A DNA stretch of 62,914 nt, counting the filler, from Octopus bimaculoides (taxonomy: Eukaryota): the NCBI RefSeq assembly GCF_001194135.2. It is 4 parts of 4 records of this genome, joined end to end, with 100 filler letters (N's around TTAATTAATTAA, not from the genome) between each part and the next. Parts side by side here need not be neighbours in the genome. Positions count along the whole stretch, not along the records: positions 1 to 24,404 come from NC_068999.1; positions 24,505 to 47,878 come from NC_069006.1; 2 more parts are not named here. One strand, written 5' to 3'. Under the pieces are notes generated by a model. The model did no database searches and was not told the DNA's origin. It saw only the letters and a list, made by a program, of their open reading frames with translations. Position numbers and translations under genes: made by a program. How positions within the stretch are numbered: position 1 is the stretch's first letter; every line of letters begins with the position of its first letter. Below are positions 13,310 to 24,744 of the stretch, in pieces.

Positions 13310-13660
13310 AGTATATGTATATATATGTACATGTATGTATATACGTTCATCTACATGTTCATATAGATACATAACTGGGTACATGACGTGGCAAAAGAAC
13401 AAGGACAAATTGGTAAACAAGGTGCAACAAACAAGCAGGCCACATAGAAATATCCCCTTCATCAGCTGCCACCATTAAAACTCCGGCGTTTCGAAGAATT
13501 AAGGCAGTACGCATCGTTAAAATGGTTCTTCCCACGAATACAAATTAAATTGTTTTCGTCGAAGGTAGTGGCGGACGGAAAACAAGACAGGAAAACGAAA
13601 CGGTGAAATAAACAAACTAAAAGGCTGTACAGCCAGACGTGAAGTGTGTATGTCTTGAAC
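13310..13660 (-). mobile_element. Interspersed repeat family P (copy 1), probably a Penelope-type terminal repeat
   Basis: Seen: clearly homologous to 25465-25800 (gtacatgacgtggcaaaa..caagcaggccacatag..ttcatcagctgccaccattaaaa..cgtttcgaagaattaaggcagtac..). Carries a hammerhead-like motif. PLE origin is inference. Confidence 0.65.
13451..13512 (-). ncRNA. Putative non-circularly permuted hammerhead ribozyme (family P copy 1)
   Basis: Minus strand: GCGU-A-CUGCC-uuaauucuuc-GAAACGC-(15 nt)-GGCAG-CUGAUGA-AGGGGA. Helix I CUGCC/GGCAG, helix III ACGC/GCGU, GUA triplet, possible helix II GGGGA/UCUUC with two G-U pairs and one extra A. Confidence 0.6.
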
Positions 13661-14559
13661 GCTGTGTGTGTGTGTGTGTGTTTGTGTGTGTGTGTGCGTG
13701 TCTGTGCATTTACAAATTATTAATAATGATCAAGAGAACCGGGAATTTTTCCACGTAAATAGTTTTGTAAATAGTTTTTAAACGTTTCTTTCGTGTACTT
13801 TCGCGCGTTTTAAGTGCATTGACTGCACTCTTCGACATGCAACCTCCAAGTGCCCTTTTTCGGTACAGTTACATCATGGTTCATTATTTACAGCTATTTG
13901 AAGTTAAACTGATTGTAACAGCACGCTGAGAGAATAAAGCGTTTTTAGGGGCTACTATTGGTACTAAATATAGTTGTAGTGCCAATGACCCCTGCTACGC
14001 TTCTGTTAAGTTTGGTAGTTGAAGCAACATGCAGCCTTAAAAATTGGTCAATGCTAGATTCAATGTTTGTGCTGATTACCTCCACAATATACTGACCTAA
14101 TATCGAGTAGTATCCTCCAGCTATTATTATTTGTGCAGCAAGGCTCAAAATACTGAAAATTCTACATTCTTGTGAAGGAATCTCTATATGTCGTGACACA
14201 GAAAAAAACATTTCCTTCCAGTTGATTTATTACTTTTATGTGACGTGTTTTGATATGCGCCTGTTATTCAGAAGCTAGTCTTCACTTTCCTTCAAAGAAC
14301 GGAGGAATACCAATTTTTCGTGTACCTGATGAGTTAATAATTCTACAGCTCTCATCTAAGAACGTACAACATTCAACGTGGTAAAGAATAACGTTGCAAA
14401 CGAAAGGGATGAATAAGAAACTCCTCTTTAAAGGGATGATATAAGCAATGAATATATAAATTAGATAATGTAAGGAAGCTAAATATATGAGAGGAATAAG
14501 GTAATATAGTAAGTTAAAGATGTTATAATAAAATAAATTTTTGTTTGAAATGTTTTTTC

Positions 14560-15688
14560 TATTTTTAAAATGCATAGTGAAAAACAGTAGAAACGGTTGG
14601 ATTGCAAGAAATTAAAAGTAACTCTCGGAAATCAATGAGGATATACATAACAAAGAAGGTGAGTTCTCCAGAGCTATGAGGAAGAATTGTAAAGAACATA
14701 TAGAGATAATTTTGAAGTGTATGGAACTGCTTACAATGTCTAAAAGTAACGTTGTGAGGCCGACGAATCTGACAAAGCAAGAAAGTGTTCAAGAAAATTT
14801 TTGTGGTAATCTAGATATTAGTTAGGAATTTCAAACTAAGGATCTTGTCGCATTTTGAAACGCTGTCTTTTGAAAAGTTACATTACAAAAATTATCTGTA
14901 TTCTAACTGAATATGATCCGGAGCGAAGAATGAAGTTTAGTGAGAGATGCTTGGCGAGATGTGTAGTAGACGCAATCTTTTCAAAAAGAAGTTTGGGGTG
15001 CTGGGGATACATTTAAATTAAATATTTGAATTTACTGCCGTATTAGAATATACTGAGGACATCAGACTTCGCATATTAGTAGGAAAATCATATCACATTA
15101 CCATAAGTACAATATGATGCACCTTCTCCCCAAAAGAATTGTTTTGGCATTTTTGCTATTTTGGTGAGGTGGGGTATTGTTGTGGTTTGTCACATTTACT
15201 GAAACAATCTGCTAAATGTGCACGAGGGCTTTGGCGTTGTGTAGTGTTATTTCAGGAAAGATGGGACACTAACCATATAGACATGTAAATTCCTACCATT
15301 CTGTGTTGATGCCAATCACATGGATTGGACGACAAGGTTCACTAGATTTCTTGGCATATAGCTGACCTCACACAAACGGACTTTCCTTTTTTGTGATAGA
15401 TAGAAATTAATGTTTGTGTTACACAAGGACTAGCAAAAGTTGACGAATTGAGGGCAGCATTTGAACGGGGATGCGTACAATTAGCGAACAAAAGATTCCT
15501 TGATATTTGTGATTCAGTTTTCTTTGCATTAACAGCATAACCTGAAATAAAATGATAAGCAACGAGAATCATGTGTTCATAAAAAATTTAAGTCTATAGA
15601 TTCTGTGAGATGCTGAAAATAAAACGAATTTAATCAATACTGATATTCTAACTATTCAATGTCTGCTTCATTCTTTGAACGCCCTGTA
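14560..15688 (+). mobile_element. Decayed IS630-Tc1-mariner (DDxD, maT/rosa-like) transposase relic with right terminal repeat
   Basis: Fragments FEVYGTAYNV..RP, LTEYDPERRMKFSE (cf. L.EDD.DRR.EFCE), FQ.DG, WIGRQGSLDF....DLTQTDF (cf. WIGR.G..WP.RSPDLTP.DF). Ends ttctttgaacgccctg-TA at 15686-15688. Left TIR not found. Confidence 0.65.
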
Positions 15689-16202
15689 TAAAACAAGCTT
15701 ATGATTTTTAGTTACATAACACACGAAAGAAATCAATGACATGTCAGCAGTTTTTCATTAAGTAATGGAGTTAAGTGATATAATGCGATTGTCTACGAAT
15801 AGCTAGCTTCACACATTATGTAATAATTGCCTAACGCATATCTTTTCCTTTCGTCGGACTAGGGATTTTTTTTTTTTTTATCTTGAAATAAAGTAAATAT
15901 TTTTTTGGTTTTTGCTCCAAAGAATCTGACGCAACCCTAATAGTTGATTGCATTATATACACAGACACGTACGTGCACAAACACAAACGCATGCACAGAC
16001 ACATACACACACACCGCATGGAAGTGACAGAATTTGTCCTTTACATAGCTTCCGATAAGCTCCAGTAGGTTACGTTCTTTAATTATAATTTAAGCAATCA
16101 GCGTACGGCGTATACGGCACGTTTCGTGAGTGAACCTTTACAGTTTACATTCATAAGAAAGTTTTAAGCAGTCAACCTCTGAAAATGTGTACAATGTTCC
16201 AT

Positions 16203-16456
16203 ACAGTTCCATATTTAAGAGATGAGGAATTATGTACATTATTTACATTTGACGGATATTTGTGCTCATCATAATTGTTGTTAAGGCAATGTTTCGGCTG
16301 ATATACCCTCCAGCCTGGGTTCTCACTCCTTATGTATTTTTCGTTGTTTTTGTTGTTATTATTATTATTATTATTATTAATGATAATAATATTATCAATA
16401 TTATTAACAACAAACAAGATGAGGATAAATATCCGTCATATATATATAATGTAAAT
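16203..16456 (-). mobile_element. Inverted pair of fragments of the tRNA-head/hammerhead element (family H); catalytic core deleted
   Basis: Seen: minus copy 16203-16379 homologous to the 19.5/19.8 kb copies but lacking ttcgaaatttccccaagacacctgatgaagg; plus-strand tail fragment at about 16403-16456 after (ATT)n. Confidence 0.75.
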
Positions 16457-18480
16457 AAAATAAAAAATTGTTCAACACTACAATTTGTATTCCTATTCCC
16501 ACGGAATATTCTAAAATCTAATAACTAAACACGCACGCACATATGCACATACGAACACAAACACCCCCCACACACAAACAAGCACACGTGTATAGAGAGA
16601 GAAGGGGAGAGAAAGACAAGCACACGCAGACATATGTTCATAGTCACACACACATTCCCCCGCATACATACAGAAGCACATACACACACATATAATGCAT
16701 ATATGCAGATACATGCATGTGCGTGCGTATGTGTGTGTGAGTGTGTGTGTGTGATTGTATACATACACCCGCTCACATTTTTATCTATATTTTTCACGCG
16801 TTTTTGAGAAATTATCACACTAACACAAAATGCTTCTTGTTGGTTTGAAGTTTTTATGAAAATTTCAATTTTTATGAACGCTACTAATTATGGTGACATT
16901 TTCTTATCTACTTCATTATCGTGTATATTTAAAATTCGGTGATATTCTTGTGAACATAATTTTCAGTCATTTCTTTCAATTATTTCTTTCCGAGCTGTAA
17001 TGCTGCACACTCGTTTGAGAAGTCACACTAAACCATAGATTCCTAATATTATCTCTCTGCTGAATTTTCTTATTTACATGAAAATTTTGTGTGAATTGAA
17101 TATCTGAAAATAATTTCACACTGAAACAATCCAATTCATAGTCAACATGTGTAACTCCCTTATATGTTAGATTACATGGTTTATTGGGCAATTTCCATTA
17201 TGGGAACATTCCATAGGTATTTCACACTTGTACGCAAGTGAATTACTTTTTGGTAATTAATGACGTGCCGGAAGAAGAACACATTTCACAATAATTAAAT
17301 TAGAATTGCCATTTTTTCTAGTGTTAGTATTATGTTGAGTTAGCGAGAGATTCACAATGCTATGTATTTTTTTGAAACATTACTAAGAGACAGAGTAATG
17401 TAGGTTTCTAATTCCTTTTGGATTCCCCTTATTATCGAAACATGTATAACATTTATATCTCGCTAATCACAGGTGATAATGTTAATGTTAGTATTTACTA
17501 TAAAAACGTAATTGGAATTGGATTCAGGTGTAAGATATCTGAAGTAAAACGTTATTGTGGAACCATTGGTATTTGTGAGAGGATTGTAACTTTCTACTTG
17601 ATATAAAAAATGTTCTATGTACTTTAGGTTTAAGTTGCGTATGAAAAATAGAATAATATTGCGTTAATAATTCTAAAAAAAACTTATAATTTATGCTAAT
17701 AATAATGCTTTGCGGAATATATATTTTCAGACAGTGCACAGCGATGAGAAAGCGCGGGTAGCTATATATATATATCTTATCAAATAGCATCACACGTTGT
17801 TAGAGTTCTTGTATTGTCTTTAATTAGATTATTGTTTTCACAAAGAAAATGTTTGCCGAGTAGTAAAAAATTGCATACAACTATATGGGATATTATATTA
17901 TATATATATATATATNNNNNNNNNNNNNNNNNNNNNNNNNNNNNNNNNNNNNNNNNNNNNNNNNNNNNNNNNNNNNNNNNNNNNNNNNNNNNNNNNNNNN
18001 NNNNNNNNNNNNNNNNNNNNNNNNNNNNNNNNNNNNNNNNNNNNNNNNNNNNNNNNNNNNNNNNNNNNNNNNNNNNNNNNNNNNNNNNNNNNNNNNNNNN
18101 NNNNNNNNNNNNNNNNNNNNNNNNNNNNNNNNNNNNNNNNNNNNNNNNNNNNNNNNNNNNNNNNNNNNNNNNNNNNNNNNNNNNNNNNNNNNNNNNNNNN
18201 NNNNNNNNNNNNNNNNNNNNNNNNNNNNNNNNNNNNNNNNNNNNNNNNNNNNNNNNNNNNNNNNNNNNNNNNNNNNNNNNNNNNNNNNNNNNNNNNNNNN
18301 NNNNNNNNNNNNNNNNNNNNNNNNNNNNNNNNNNNNNNNNNNNNNNNNNNNNNNNNNNNNNNNNNNNNNNNNNNNNNNNNNNNNNNNNNNNNNNNNNNNN
18401 NNNNNNNNNNNNNNNNNNNNNNNNNNNNNNNNNNNNNNNNNNNNNNNNNNNNNNNNNNNNNNNNNNNNNNNNNNNNNNNN

Positions 18481-18517
<37 letters not shown>

Positions 18518-18946
18518 ACCTCTCTATGCATGAAAGTATATACCAGTCAGTGTGTCTGTGTGTCTACTTATGATTCGAGGTTTTGTTGTTTATGAATACA
18601 TATCACAATGTGTGTTTTTATTTATTTCGATGCTAATATCACAAAGCCTCACTATGTGTTTGCGTTCTGGTATCTTCAATTACTAAAATCTGTATCGGAT
18701 AAATTATTTCACATTTGTAAAAAAACAAAAAAAAAACCAATTGATATTATATCGCCAGTTTCATGTCAATTTTTTTAAGGAATTGCTATAAATATGTATG
18801 CGTACAATAAAAGTCAGATTTCTAATTGAAAATTATGATGGTGTGATTATCGAATATTACATAAGGAGATAATTCTCATTTTTTCACGCGAGTTCCACTC
18901 ATATTTGTATGAAGATGGTTAGAATAAACATTTTATTACATACAAC

Positions 18947-19420
18947 AGTGGCCATGTGGTAAGAAGCTTGATTTCTAAGAACATGGTCCCTGGTTCATTC
19001 TCACTGTGTGAAGCCCTGGGCATTCCATAGCCTCGGGTCGACCAAAGCCTTGTGAGTTAATTTGATTATATATATANNNNNNNNNNNNNNNNNNNNNNNN
19101 NNNNATATATATATATATATATACGTGTGTGTGTGTATTAAGTAGATACGAATATAGACAGATAATTAAAGATTGTGTTTTAATTAAAACATTAGACACA
19201 TATATATGCATGTATGTATTTGTTATTTGTATCTGCGTTTGTCCTCCACCATCGCTTGACAACCGATGTTGTTTCCATCCCCGCGAAGTAGCTGCTCGGC
19301 AAAAAGAGACCGATAGCCTAAGTACTAAGCTTACAGAGAATAAATCTTGGGGTCGATTTGTTCAACTAACGGCGGTGCTCCAGCATGGCTGTAGTCAAAT
19401 GACTGAAAGAAGTAAATGAA
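18947..19420 (+). mobile_element. SINE family B (tRNA-like head, internal microsatellite), spans an N gap
   Basis: Seen: gtggccatgtggtaagaagcttg..ggttca head; gaccaaagccttgtgag; 3' part cttgacaaccgatg..ggtcgatttgttcaacta..ggtgctccagcatggc..gtcaaatgactgaa. Confidence 0.8.
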
Positions 19421-19494
19421 TAATTATCTAGACTGTTAAATGTATGCATACATATATATATATATATATAATTTTATTTAAACTTTTCCAATTC

Positions 19495-19651
19495 TATATT
19501 TAAGAGTTGAGGAATTATGTACATTATTTACATTTGACAGATAATTGTCATCATGTTTCTTGGTAACACAACGTTTCGGCTGATATACCTGTCAGCCTTC
19601 ATCAGGTGTCATGGGGTTAGTAGCCCGCGCTCTCAACCACTACGCCATATG
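19495..19651 (-). mobile_element. Family H element, internally deleted copy (A-box head fused directly to hammerhead tail)
   Basis: Minus strand: catatggcgtagtggttgagagcgcgggctactaacccca-tgacacctgatgaaggctga...; A box TGGCGTAGTGG at 19637-19647. Confidence 0.8.
19565..19610 (-). ncRNA. Minimal type I hammerhead-like motif (family H)
   Basis: GACAC-CUGAUGA-A-GGCUGA-cagguaua-UCAGCC-GAAAC-GUU-GUGUU. Helix I 5 bp (one G-U), helix II 6 bp, palindromic ACGU helix III (dimer type), one extra A after A9. Confidence 0.7.
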
Positions 19652-19655
19652 CTCA

Positions 19656-19715
19656 GGGCTACTAACCCCAAGATTCCGAGTTCGATTCCGAGCAGTGACC
19701 TGAATAATAGTAATG

Positions 19716-19767
<52 letters not shown>

Positions 19768-19937
19768 TAAAATTTTAAAAAAATAATAACATCGAAAAAT
19801 ACCTTAAGAATGAGAACCCAGGTTCGAAATTTCCCCAAGACAGCTGATGAAGGCTGGTGAGTATATCAGCCGAAACGTTGTGTTAGCAACAAACAAGATG
19901 AAGACAAATACCCGTCAGTTGTAAATAATGTAAATAA
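19656..19937 (+). mobile_element. Family H element, 5'-truncated copy: tRNA 3' half + (AAT)n linker + hammerhead tail
   Basis: Seen: gggctactaaccccaagattccgagttcgattcc (B box 19678-19689), (AAT)n, aacatcgaaaaatacc..gagaacccaggttcgaaatttccccaagacagctgatga... Confidence 0.8.
19839..19884 (+). ncRNA. Minimal type I hammerhead-like motif (family H), helix I closing pair mismatched
   Basis: GACAG-CUGAUGA-A-GGCUG-gugaguauau-CAGCC-GAAAC-GUU-GUGUU. G-G mismatch at the base of helix I, where the 19.6 kb copy has C-G. Confidence 0.55.
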
Positions 19938-21125
19938 TTTACTTTTTCGTTATGTCTACATATATATCTCCGATTCGTTTATTTTATTACCGATGCGAAC
20001 CAATTGTGTATGAAACCACTATCCCATCTAGCTTAGGACGCATAGAAACTTCGAGTTATATGCACCTCAGAAATAGTTCATGATAAATCTGTATTTCCGC
20101 TGCTTCGCGACCCTCTCCTTCACGATCTGTTTTTTTAGTGGTATATCCTTTTATTTTCTCACTCTTCATACCTACATTACTCTGCCCCTTATCACGCTAT
20201 TTACTTATTTATTTTTGATATAAATGCCTGTGTATGTAGAAGTTAGTATATGTGCGTGTCCATATGTGTACGCATATGTATATGGGTATGTATAATTGGA
20301 GCATGTATATGTGTATGTGCACATATACTTAAATGGGTGTGGGTATGTATGTGTGTATGAATATATATGCAGGAATATTTGTGGGTATGCTTATATGTAT
20401 GTTTGTGTTTGCGGAGTGTGTGCGTGTGGAATTTATGTCTGTATGTCTATATATATTTATATGTAACTGTGTGTATATGTATGTANNNNNNNNNNNNNNN
20501 NNNNNNNNNNNNNNNNNNNNNNNNNNNNNNNNNNNNNNNNNNNNNNNNNNNNNNNNNNNNNNNNNNNNNNNNNNNNNNNNNNNNNNNNNNNNNNNNNNNN
20601 NNNNNNNNNNNNNNNNNNNNNNNNNNNNNNNNNNNTATATATATGTATATATATATATAGGCATATATATGTGTACATATATATACATGTAGGTATGTAT
20701 GTACATGTGCATGTATATATGCCTCGGTGTATGTATACATGCATGATTGTATGCGTATGTATATATGTATGTACGCATGTACGTGTCTGTATGAATGTAC
20801 GGTTATACCTATACGATTGTATGTCTGTGTGTGCTTATGTGAGTATTTGTGTGTGTACATACGTGCGAGTATGTGCGTACATGAGTGTATGTGTATCTGT
20901 GTGTGTGTTTGCCTTCCCATAAATATGTATATGTATGTAGGTATCTATTCGTACATAATTTTCTATGTATGTTCGTGTATTACCGTACCAATTTCTACCA
21001 GTACCCCAGTGTCGAAATAGACTCAGTTCATAGATTAGGTTTCCCTACAACATACATCATTGACATCCCCATCTTTTGAGTCTGTACAATTGTCGAGTTA
21101 TCTATTGAATACATCTTTTTCATTT

Positions 21126-21543
21126 TAAGTTGTTGGAGACATATGCCACCCTAAATATTCATATATGCACCTCATATATGGAGGCATATATACCTATATA
21201 TATATTTGTTTTACTAAGATTTGGACTGCAGGAAGTACCTGTGCAGATGAATAATTTTTAGTGGGTGCAGCTTGCACTGCACTACCCCGACTTATTAGCC
21301 CAAGAAAACTTTCACCGGTGTGACAAGAGAATTGACAAAACCAGGAAATTCCAAGGCGTCAGGTTTTATTTCGGAGATATCCTTCTCCTAGGTAGATTAG
21401 CAACCAAGGTTAAACATCTATATATATATATTTAAGTTGTTGCAGACATATGCCACCCTAAATATTCATATATGCACCTCATATATGGAGGCATATATAC
21501 CTATATATATTTTTTTTTACTAAGATTTGGACTACAGGAAGTA
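21126..21543 (+). repeat. About 110-bp diverged direct repeat (21126-21237 and 21433-21543)
   Basis: Seen: taagttgttg.agacatatgccacc..gcacctcatatatggaggcatatatacc..actaagatttggact.caggaagta twice, with a few differences. Confidence 0.9.
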
Positions 21544-22089
21544 GTATGTATGTATGTATGTATGTATGTATGAAAAGTATATATATACATATATGTATAT
21601 ATTCATATACTACATAGAAGCATATATATATATTTTTACACACACACATATATATATACATACATGCATACATATGTATGTATGTACGTATGTATGCGTC
21701 GATGTTTATGGGTTTGTGTGACTATGTACGTGCCTTAGTTATGTATCGATGTATGTCTCAATATGTGTCTTTGCATGCGTGTATGAAGTCTGCACGAGTG
21801 TATATGGTCATGTGTTTCATTCTTCATTTGTGTATGTATATGTGTGTGTTCTCCTCTTTCCGTATTACGTATGTACTTATCTATCTGTTTGCTTAAATAT
21901 CTATTTACCTTATGTACTTATATAATTATAAATATGCACATGAGCGTGTTCTAAGCGCATTCACGTATGAATGATTAACTAGATAATGATAGACATCGGT
22001 AATTACATGACGTAGGTATTGTGAACAAAACTTGCATATAGTCAGCCATAGTCAAATATTGGCAAAACCGTTGACATAGCTGTCAAACT

Positions 22090-22660
22090 GAAACAGTGGT
22101 CTCGTTTCTACAGTATCAAAGTTCGCCTAGTGAATTCATCTTTTCCGGGCCGTACGCAATGCTACACGGTTTATTGAACATCCCCTCTACCACCTTTCGT
22201 GATTAAAGATGAATATTCTGTGGTTACATATAATCCTGAACCTTCTCGAATTTTGGGAATCTGTTGNNNNNNNNNNACAGTCTTGACGTGATTAAATCAA
22301 AAGAGCCCGATGAGTTTAAATTAGCTTACGCCAATGTGAAAATCTTTATATAATTTCTACTTTCTTTCAAATTGAGGGGAAGGATGAGTCGAGAATTACT
22401 AAGTATTTGACATTTGACCTTAGCTTTCTATACACACAACTGACATGTCTGTAAAAATCACTCAAGTCTATAAATATCTTTTTTCTCTTTTGCTATAAAT
22501 TCTCTAGACTTGGAAATAATTTTCATTTCCATTTTGCATTTCTTTTTTGACAAAGAGACATAATAGAGGTTAAATTTTGAAACTGCTTATTAAAATTCTA
22601 GCTGCCGCTTCGCTTGAAGCTGTGGCAAGCATGATATGTTCAGGTTCGATAATTAATACT
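22090..22660 (-). mobile_element. Possible highly decayed DNA transposase C-terminus (hAT/hATm-like)
   Basis: Weak: minus-strand PEHIML and VVEGMF..YGPEK/DEFTRRTL resemble HPENILL and VER.VK.V..A..V.G.E.RD.FIR motifs. Many stops; family label is tentative. Confidence 0.25.
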
Positions 22661-24353
22661 TAAATGCTAATAATTTCGTCAGTTAATTAATATTTCGAAA
22701 TTTTATAAATAATTGGAACGCGGATACATTTTGAAGACCACTCACCTTGCATACGTCCTTGGAAATTTTCTTGAGTCTACTACATCATCATATTTTAATA
22801 ATATTATAAACTTGTATAAAATTAAATAAAACGCTCACCTGATAATTTTTTTAAATATTTTTGGTGTTTATTTTAAATCTGAACCATTTATTTATTTAAT
22901 TATAGTTTATGGATATTAAATTAAAAAATGTTATCAAATTAATTGTTTAGAAGATATCTTTATCGTCATTGTTTACTTTCAATTTATCTGACTTTCATGT
23001 TCAAGTTGAAATGTGTAGTCATGTGAAAGTGATGTTTACCCAGTTAATCAGCTATCTCTTGCTCTCTCACTGCCTGCGCAACATTCTCTCTCAGTTTCTT
23101 GCTTCGTCTCTTGTCAATGTTAATTGAAAAGTTGAATAACGTTGCAATATAACTTTAATTATATATTTCCCAGCTACAGTTGATACACATCTTTGAACGA
23201 ATTATATTCTTTTTATCTTGAAGCTTCAGTTAATAATCGTTTGCGTCACACGTTATTTTTGAGATATATAAAAGCTAAGACAAAATTAAATAAATAAACT
23301 TAGGCAAATCAAATCTGTGATACGCTTACACTGATTATCTGGAATTTTAAAAGCATTTACAGACTGAAAGAAAAATCAGAAAACTTCATCATGATAACAT
23401 ATTAAGCAATGGAAATTTCTTTCCAATGATATGTTTGCTGGCGAGAGATATATTCGTTTCACTAACAGTGAAAACAAATAGATTTTATGATACTGACATA
23501 GATTCTCTAAAAATTTAAACCGCATTCCCGCAATGCATAACTGATATTTACTTGCTTGATTATATGATGATCAAAAGAGCTGTCACATTCAAATTAAGAA
23601 TTTAGGCTGTCACAGTCACATACTTCCACATATTTTGTCGCTTCCACAGAGTCTTTACAACAATGTACTTCACAACCACTAAAACATCATTCTTGTCTGC
23701 ATCATTGCTAAGATGTAGCGATACAGAATGATATTTATAATAAAGACGTTATATTTTTTGTGTAAATAAGGACAATCTCGATTTATTATCTTACAGACCC
23801 TCTCATTTTACGACTGCTGACGACGGTATTTAAACACTTAGTGGTGAAGATTTCTTTTATTCAAATACATATCATTTCTATATTACAAGTTTTTTAGGGT
23901 TACTGTAGCCGTGAGGAAAACATTTATATCTAATTAAACGAACATCGCATAATTGCGGTTCATCTTTTACTTTTGCGCCTATGTAAGAATATATGTATAA
24001 TAATGTATAATAAAAATGTATGTATAATATAAGAGTGATTAAATTTCATCGAGGAATTAAATAAATGTAATACGACGATTAGTATTGCTTCCCATCGTCC
24101 GATTAATCCATTCACTTATAATCTGTTTTATTGAACCTTTCGACTGTTGCAAGTTATGTATATCAATATACATATACGCATATAGACATGAGTATATATA
24201 TATACATATGTGCGTTTTTGCGTGTGTAAATATGTATCAATCATGTTACTGTTTCATTCTCTCTCTCTCTAACTCTCTCACTACCTATATGTACAGATGA
24301 TACATATATCTGCATATTTACATACGCATATATTTTTAAAATCTAAAACCTTA

Positions 24354-24404
<51 letters not shown>

Positions 24405-24504
24405 NNNNNNNNNNNNNNNNNNNNNNNNNNNNNNNNNNNNNNNNNNNNTTAATTAATTAANNNNNNNNNNNNNNNNNNNNNNNNNNNNNNNNNNNNNNNN
24501 NNNN
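24405..24504. other. Synthetic scaffold linker 44N-TTAATTAATTAA-44N
   Basis: Seen: exactly 100 bp; identical construct at 47879-47978 and 61453-61552; the 12-mer gives stops in all six frames. Confidence 0.95.
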
Positions 24505-24705
24505 GGAGTGTGAAAGCAAGGTAGAGCAAGGAAAAAGTGGAGGGGACAGGTGGAGGAGGAGATCGAGCAGGTTGGTTTGAAAAAGGAGGACACCCAAAAC
24601 GAGGCGAGATGGTGTGAGGGTAGTTGCTATGGCATTGAAGTAGATCCAACTACCCCTGTTAACGGGGGACAAAACCTGGATTTAAAACACTGGATGATGA
24701 CAATG
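24505..24705 (+). mobile_element. RTE-clade LINE 3' end
   Basis: VEEEIEQVGLKKEDTQNEARW...EVDPTTPVNG followed by a GAT-type tail; typical RTE C-terminus (D....GL..EDA.DR..W). Confidence 0.6.
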
Positions 24706-24706
24706 A

Positions 24707-24742
<36 letters not shown>

Positions 24743-24744
<2 letters not shown>

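Noticed and set aside
14326-14332. Other CUGANGA hits (about 1697 minus, 14326, 23817, 28263, 38095, 55922)
   Set aside because: No correctly placed helix II-GAAA, helix III or helix I partner found by eye in either standard or permuted order.
19613-19702. tRNA-like sequences here and at 38974-39050 as real tRNA genes
   Set aside because: No complete acceptor stem, and they are embedded in repeat bodies with tails or TSDs; treated as SINE heads. Isotype not assigned.
24449-24460. TTAATTAATTAA islands as a biological motif
   Set aside because: Always centred in exactly 44+44 Ns; an assembly linker.
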